Of a stretch of DNA of 32,000 bases, positions 28,851 through 32,000 are shown one piece after another. The DNA lies in the NCBI GenBank assembly GCA_031283585.1, contig JAITBP010000010.1, positions 43,944 through 75,943 of the forward strand, read 5' to 3'. The translations under genes and the position numbers were made by a program. Origin of the DNA: Puniceicoccales bacterium (GTDB lineage Bacteria; Verrucomicrobiota; Verrucomicrobiia; Opitutales; LL51). The first letter of the stretch is position 1. Every line of letters begins with the position of its first letter. The notes under the pieces are model-generated. The model was not told the DNA's origin. It saw only the letters and a program-made list of their open reading frames with translations, and made no database searches.

Positions 28851-30047
28851 ATGAGTTTTGGAAGTGTTGGTAGTGGTTCCATTCCGGATGGGATATATGT
28901 TAATGGTATACTCGTGGATCCAACAGCGATCCCCGAGGTTACCACTAACGTCAAAAAGAAAAAAGTTTCCGGCGATGCTCAGATTGGTGGTCAGGTGCTA
29001 AAAATCGTAGGACCTGAGGGAGTAGGAATCACCAGCGCGCCTGGTGAAGTGGCTGGATATTACCCTACCCTCACCGCTGACCCGACTTTCACCACCGAAG
29101 ATGGCAAATGGGCAAAGGTGTTACAAAGCTTTGAGCAGGATACCAGTATGCGTATTGGGAACAGTGCAATCACAGCCAATGCAGAAGAATATAACGCCAT
29201 GTTAAATGGCCTCGATGCCTCTTCAAACATAGCACCAAGTTCACGCACAGCCGCTAGTATTGGTACCCTTGCGGCCCAGGTAGCCATTCTAATGACAAAG
29301 AACGCTTCTTTGCAAAAATCCATCGAGCGTGAAATGAAAGCCGAAATGACTCAGCTGCAATATCAGATAGGAATGGATGTGGCCCAAAAAATAAGAGAAA
29401 AAGGTGAATTGGAGTTCAACCAAAAGATGGTCGAGGCTTTCAGTGGTATCGTTGAAACTGCCGCCGGAATGATTGCTCAACAAATCGGCCGAAAGATATC
29501 TGAACATAATTTGCAAAAATATGACGAAGGTGTTGCACAAATTGACACCACTGCACCCACATCCACACCCAGCGCAAAAGCTGCCGAAACAAGATCAGAA
29601 CAGGCAGCCGACGAAAATTTTAATCGTGACCAATTTAATGCAAAGCAAGAAATCATAGATCAAAAAATTCAAAACGAGGAAATCATCAATAAAGATGCCA
29701 AGACCCTAAGTGGCCCAGCGAATCTAGAACAAAATCAAAGAATGGCCATACCACTTACCGAAGCGGAGAAACAACAGGTTAATATGGAGGCTAGCCTGGC
29801 CGGCGATCTAGGTAAAGCCATAGCCGGCTTTGCCATGAAAACAGTTTCCGCACATCTGGGTCTGCAAATCTCCAATAAAGAAGCCGATATCCGTGGTATG
29901 GAAGCGCTTAATCAATTGGTTGGAAATATCATACAGAATACCGAAAGTAGCATACGCTCCGCTGACCAAGCTACACAGGCGGCCATGCAATTATTCCAGC
30001 AAATCTGCCAGACCCGTCATGAAGCTTTCCAAAGTGTGGTAAGGTAA
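28851..30047 (+). CDS. 398-aa helical/coiled-coil protein with two hydrophobic segments (translocator- or pore-former-like; unassigned). Referred to as gene A.
   Basis: ATG lies 18 nt after the upstream stop. No signal peptide, and a Ser/Gly-rich N-terminus (MSFGSVGSGSIPDG). Hydrophobic segments are AASIGTLAAQVAILM and LAGDLGKAIAGFAMKTVSAHLGL, with long Gln/Glu/Lys-rich helices between them. Confidence 0.75.
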   Translation: MSFGSVGSGSIPDGIYVNGILVDPTAIPEVTTNVKKKKVSGDAQIGGQVLKIVGPEGVGITSAPGEVAGYYPTLTADPTFTTEDGKWAKVLQSFEQDTSMRIGNSAITANAEEYNAMLNGLDASSNIAPSSRTAASIGTLAAQVAILMTKNASLQKSIEREMKAEMTQLQYQIGMDVAQKIREKGELEFNQKMVEAFSGIVETAAGMIAQQIGRKISEHNLQKYDEGVAQIDTTAPTSTPSAKAAETRSEQAADENFNRDQFNAKQEIIDQKIQNEEIINKDAKTLSGPANLEQNQRMAIPLTEAEKQQVNMEASLAGDLGKAIAGFAMKTVSAHLGLQISNKEADIRGMEALNQLVGNIIQNTESSIRSADQATQAAMQLFQQICQTRHEAFQSVVR

Positions 30048-30051
30048 TTAT
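29908..30051 (+). repeat. Repeat copy 1: the authentic 3' end of gene A
   Basis: Encodes ...NQLVGNIIQNTESSIRSADQATQAAMQLFQQICQTRHEAFQSVVR*. It is the master copy of the two downstream fragments. Confidence 0.95.
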
Positions 30052-30053
30052 AT

Positions 30054-30860
30054 TCATAAAAGGCCACAATCGTAAATGGAAAAATCACCTAAGTCTTCTT
30101 CTTCTTTTTTAATGTCAACGTTGTTGACTCCTTCTCCAGTACCTGGTGGTGTTTCCATCGAACCAGATTTCCTTACTGTTCTGATTTTGATTTCTATTGC
30201 ATTACATAGATCAGTGGATGGGTTACCAACCTCTTTAGCTATTTTGTATGCATTTTCAAAGAGATCAACATTTTCCTCGGTTACTCCTTCGCATTCCGGT
30301 GTAGAGAGCTTTTCAAGAATCTTTAACCAGGGCAGATATACATCACCATGTACTTTACACCAAACCTCATATACAGTAGAGCATTCAAATATATAACACA
30401 ACATATTAGTCAGCCTACACTTCAATTCTTCTTGACTATTATATAAATTGCCCACATTGTTGTACGACCAGTCTGACATGGCTATAATCTTGCTGCTATC
30501 AGGGTTAAGGATGTAGGTAAACCCTAGAAATTTTGGCACTTGACAGAAAAGATTTTTCAGGTTGTAAAAGAATAAAGTGGGAATATCCACGTATTCACCA
30601 CAACAGATGTTAAAAGCGCTATTATACGTGTTGTTACCAGGACAAAACCAATTTGTGTTTTTGTCGTCTTCAATAAAACTAAAGCTATTGTCACGACAAA
30701 TTTTACAGAAATTATGCCAAGTTATATAATTACCGTCACAATCAATCCATGATTTGTCTCTTGCATCTTTTAACCAATCTTGCCAAGGGTCAGCACTCAA
30801 AAAATTAAACACTGACATGGCCATAAACAACAATATACATTTTCTACTATTATTACACAT
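30054..30860 (-). CDS. Cys-rich secreted protein, paralog B1 (novel family)
   Basis: 268 aa. Signal peptide MCNNSRKCILLFMAMSVFNFLSA followed by DPWQDWLKD. Contains many Cys. Its stop is 6 nt from the convergent stop of gene A. It is a paralog of 31012..31833. Confidence 0.75.
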   Translation of the reverse strand: MCNNSRKCILLFMAMSVFNFLSADPWQDWLKDARDKSWIDCDGNYITWHNFCKICRDNSFSFIEDDKNTNWFCPGNNTYNSAFNICCGEYVDIPTLFFYNLKNLFCQVPKFLGFTYILNPDSSKIIAMSDWSYNNVGNLYNSQEELKCRLTNMLCYIFECSTVYEVWCKVHGDVYLPWLKILEKLSTPECEGVTEENVDLFENAYKIAKEVGNPSTDLCNAIEIKIRTVRKSGSMETPPGTGEGVNNVDIKKEEEDLGDFSIYDCGLL

Positions 30861-30902
30861 GTCGTTGATTTTGATAGAGTTATATTTTTTTACAATATTT
30901 GT

Positions 30903-31046
30903 TTAATCAATTGGTTGGAAATATCATACAGAATACCGAAAGCAGCATACGCTCCGCTGACCAAGCTACACAGGCGGCCATGCAATTATTCCAGCAAATC
31001 TGCCAGACCCGTCATGAAAATTTCCAATGTGCGATAAAATAATTAT
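30903..31046 (+). repeat. Repeat copy 2: start-less, in-frame orphan fragment of the gene A 3' end
   Basis: There is 1 mismatch in the first 116 nt versus 29908-30023, and 8 of 144 overall, by hand count. An in-frame TAG lies ~35 nt upstream and there is no start codon. The fragment reads NQLVGNIIQNTESSIRSADQATQAAMQLFQQICQTRHENFQCAIK*. Confidence 0.95.
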
Positions 31047-31833
31047 GCCTACGAAGCATGTCAGCGTTGTAAGGGTTTCCTCCAGTATCTGGTGGTGTTT
31101 CCATCGGATCAGGTTTCCTTACTGTTGCGATTTTTTCTTCTATTGCTCTGCATAGATCAGTGTTCATGTGACAAACCCTTTTGGCTATTTTGTATGAGTT
31201 TTCAAAGAGATTAACATTTTCCTTGGTCACTACTTCGCATTCCTGCGAAGAGAGCTTTTCAAAAACCTTTAACCAGGGCCAATATACATACCCATATACT
31301 CTCCTCCAAACCTCAAATACACTAGAGCAATCAAATATATAACACAACGCACTGGCCATCTTATCTTTCATTTCTCCTTCATATAAACTGCCCACATCGT
31401 CAGACATCCAGTCTAACATGTTTATAGTCGAGTGATTACCATCGTTGAATTCATAGGGATATTTTAAAATATTTTGCATATGACAGAAAAGATCTTCCAG
31501 TTTGATAAATAATAAAGTGTTAATATCCCCGTATTCATCACAACAAAACCAATTTGTGTTTTTGTCGTCTTTAATAAAATGAAAGCTATTGGCATGACAA
31601 ATTCTACAGACATAGGCCCAATTTATATAATTACCGTTACAATCAACCCATGATTTGGCTCTTATATCTTCTAACCAATCTTGCCAAGGGTCAGCACTAA
31701 AAAAATTAAACACTGACATGGCAAATTTGTCTCTTATATCTTTTAACCAATCTTGCCAAGGATCAGCACTCAAAAAATTAAACACTGACATAGCAATAAA
31801 CAACAATATACATTTTCTATTGCTATTGCCCAT
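31012..31833 (-). CDS. Cys-rich secreted protein, paralog B2 (novel family)
   Basis: 273 aa with the same signal peptide and DPWQDWL motif as B1. It carries a duplicated N-terminal block. Its last ~11 codons (HNYFIAHWKFS*) are encoded antisense to repeat copy 2. Confidence 0.75.
   Translation of the reverse strand: MGNSNRKCILLFIAMSVFNFLSADPWQDWLKDIRDKFAMSVFNFFSADPWQDWLEDIRAKSWVDCNGNYINWAYVCRICHANSFHFIKDDKNTNWFCCDEYGDINTLLFIKLEDLFCHMQNILKYPYEFNDGNHSTINMLDWMSDDVGSLYEGEMKDKMASALCYIFDCSSVFEVWRRVYGYVYWPWLKVFEKLSSQECEVVTKENVNLFENSYKIAKRVCHMNTDLCRAIEEKIATVRKPDPMETPPDTGGNPYNADMLRRHNYFIAHWKFS
31651..31794 (-). repeat. 72-bp intragenic tandem duplication in B2
   Basis: AMSVFNFLSADPWQDWLKDIRDKF is followed by AMSVFNFFSADPWQDWLEDIRAKS. 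The DNA copies are offset by exactly 72 nt (for example 31659-31722 versus 31731-31794). Confidence 0.9.
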
Positions 31834-31874
31834 GTCACTGATTTTAGTAGAGTTATATTTTTTACAATATTTGT

Positions 31875-32000
31875 TTAATCAATTGGTTGGAAACATAACA
31901 CAGAATACCGAAAGCAGCATACGCTCCGCTGACCAAGCTACACAAGCGGCCATGCAATTATTCCAGCAAATCTGCCAGATCCGTCATGAAGCTTTCCAAA
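31875..32000 (+). repeat. Repeat copy 3: another orphan fragment of the gene A 3' end, truncated by the window end
   Basis: There are 6 mismatches in 126 nt versus 29908-30033 by hand count. The frame is retained (NQLVGNITQNTESSIRSADQATQAAMQLFQQICQIRHEAFQ...). The 42-nt spacer preceding it is also conserved with 30861-30902. Confidence 0.95.

Noticed and set aside
29908-32000. Diversity-generating retroelement (VR at the 3' end of a target gene plus a TR copy downstream)
   Set aside because: The geometry is superficially similar. However, the few mismatches are mostly T/C and C/T transitions rather than adenine-specific TR-to-VR changes. There are three copies, each attached to a paralogous gene, and no reverse transcriptase ORF is in the window.
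29908-32000. CRISPR array
   Set aside because: The repeats are ~144 nt with ~830-850-nt protein-coding 'spacers', so the scale and content are wrong. No cas genes are present.

Overview
This is a moderately AT-rich bacterial chromosomal window with three parts. (1) Positions 1 to ~10.6 kb hold a same-strand, tightly packed phage structural cluster that runs off the left edge. It contains a Mu gp28-like large terminase, a DUF935/Mu gp29-like portal, a Mu gpI-like protease/scaffold, a decoration protein, a major capsid protein, gp36/gp37-like head-completion proteins, a tail fibre and tail/baseplate proteins. The cluster ends about 120 nt from the 3' end of a tRNA-Gln(UUG) gene. (2) Positions ~10.9 to 27.7 kb are ordinary housekeeping genes: ABC substrate-binding lipoprotein, xth, prfB, cca, MATE efflux, CrtI-like oxidoreductase, eno, NYN/YacP-like protein, RRM/glycine-rich RNA-binding protein, prepilin-like protein, LptF/G permease, PlsC-type acyltransferase, ferredoxin, an outer-membrane beta-barrel and a Wza-like export lipoprotein. 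A 544-aa orphan secreted protein is interspersed among them. The prepilin-like and RRM proteins suggest a PVC-superphylum-like host; this is inference only. (3) Positions ~27.8 to 32.0 kb are an AT-rich accessory island of family-less, mostly signal-peptide-bearing proteins. A 398-aa helical protein with two hydrophobic segments sits here, and the last ~144 nt of its gene recur two more times downstream as start-less, in-frame fragments (94-99% identical by hand count). Each fragment alternates with a much more diverged, convergently oriented, Cys-rich secreted paralog, forming a ~1-kb tandem cassette array that continues past the window end. I consider this array the best candidate for an undescribed system. 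No CRISPR array, rRNA, transposase or integrase was seen.
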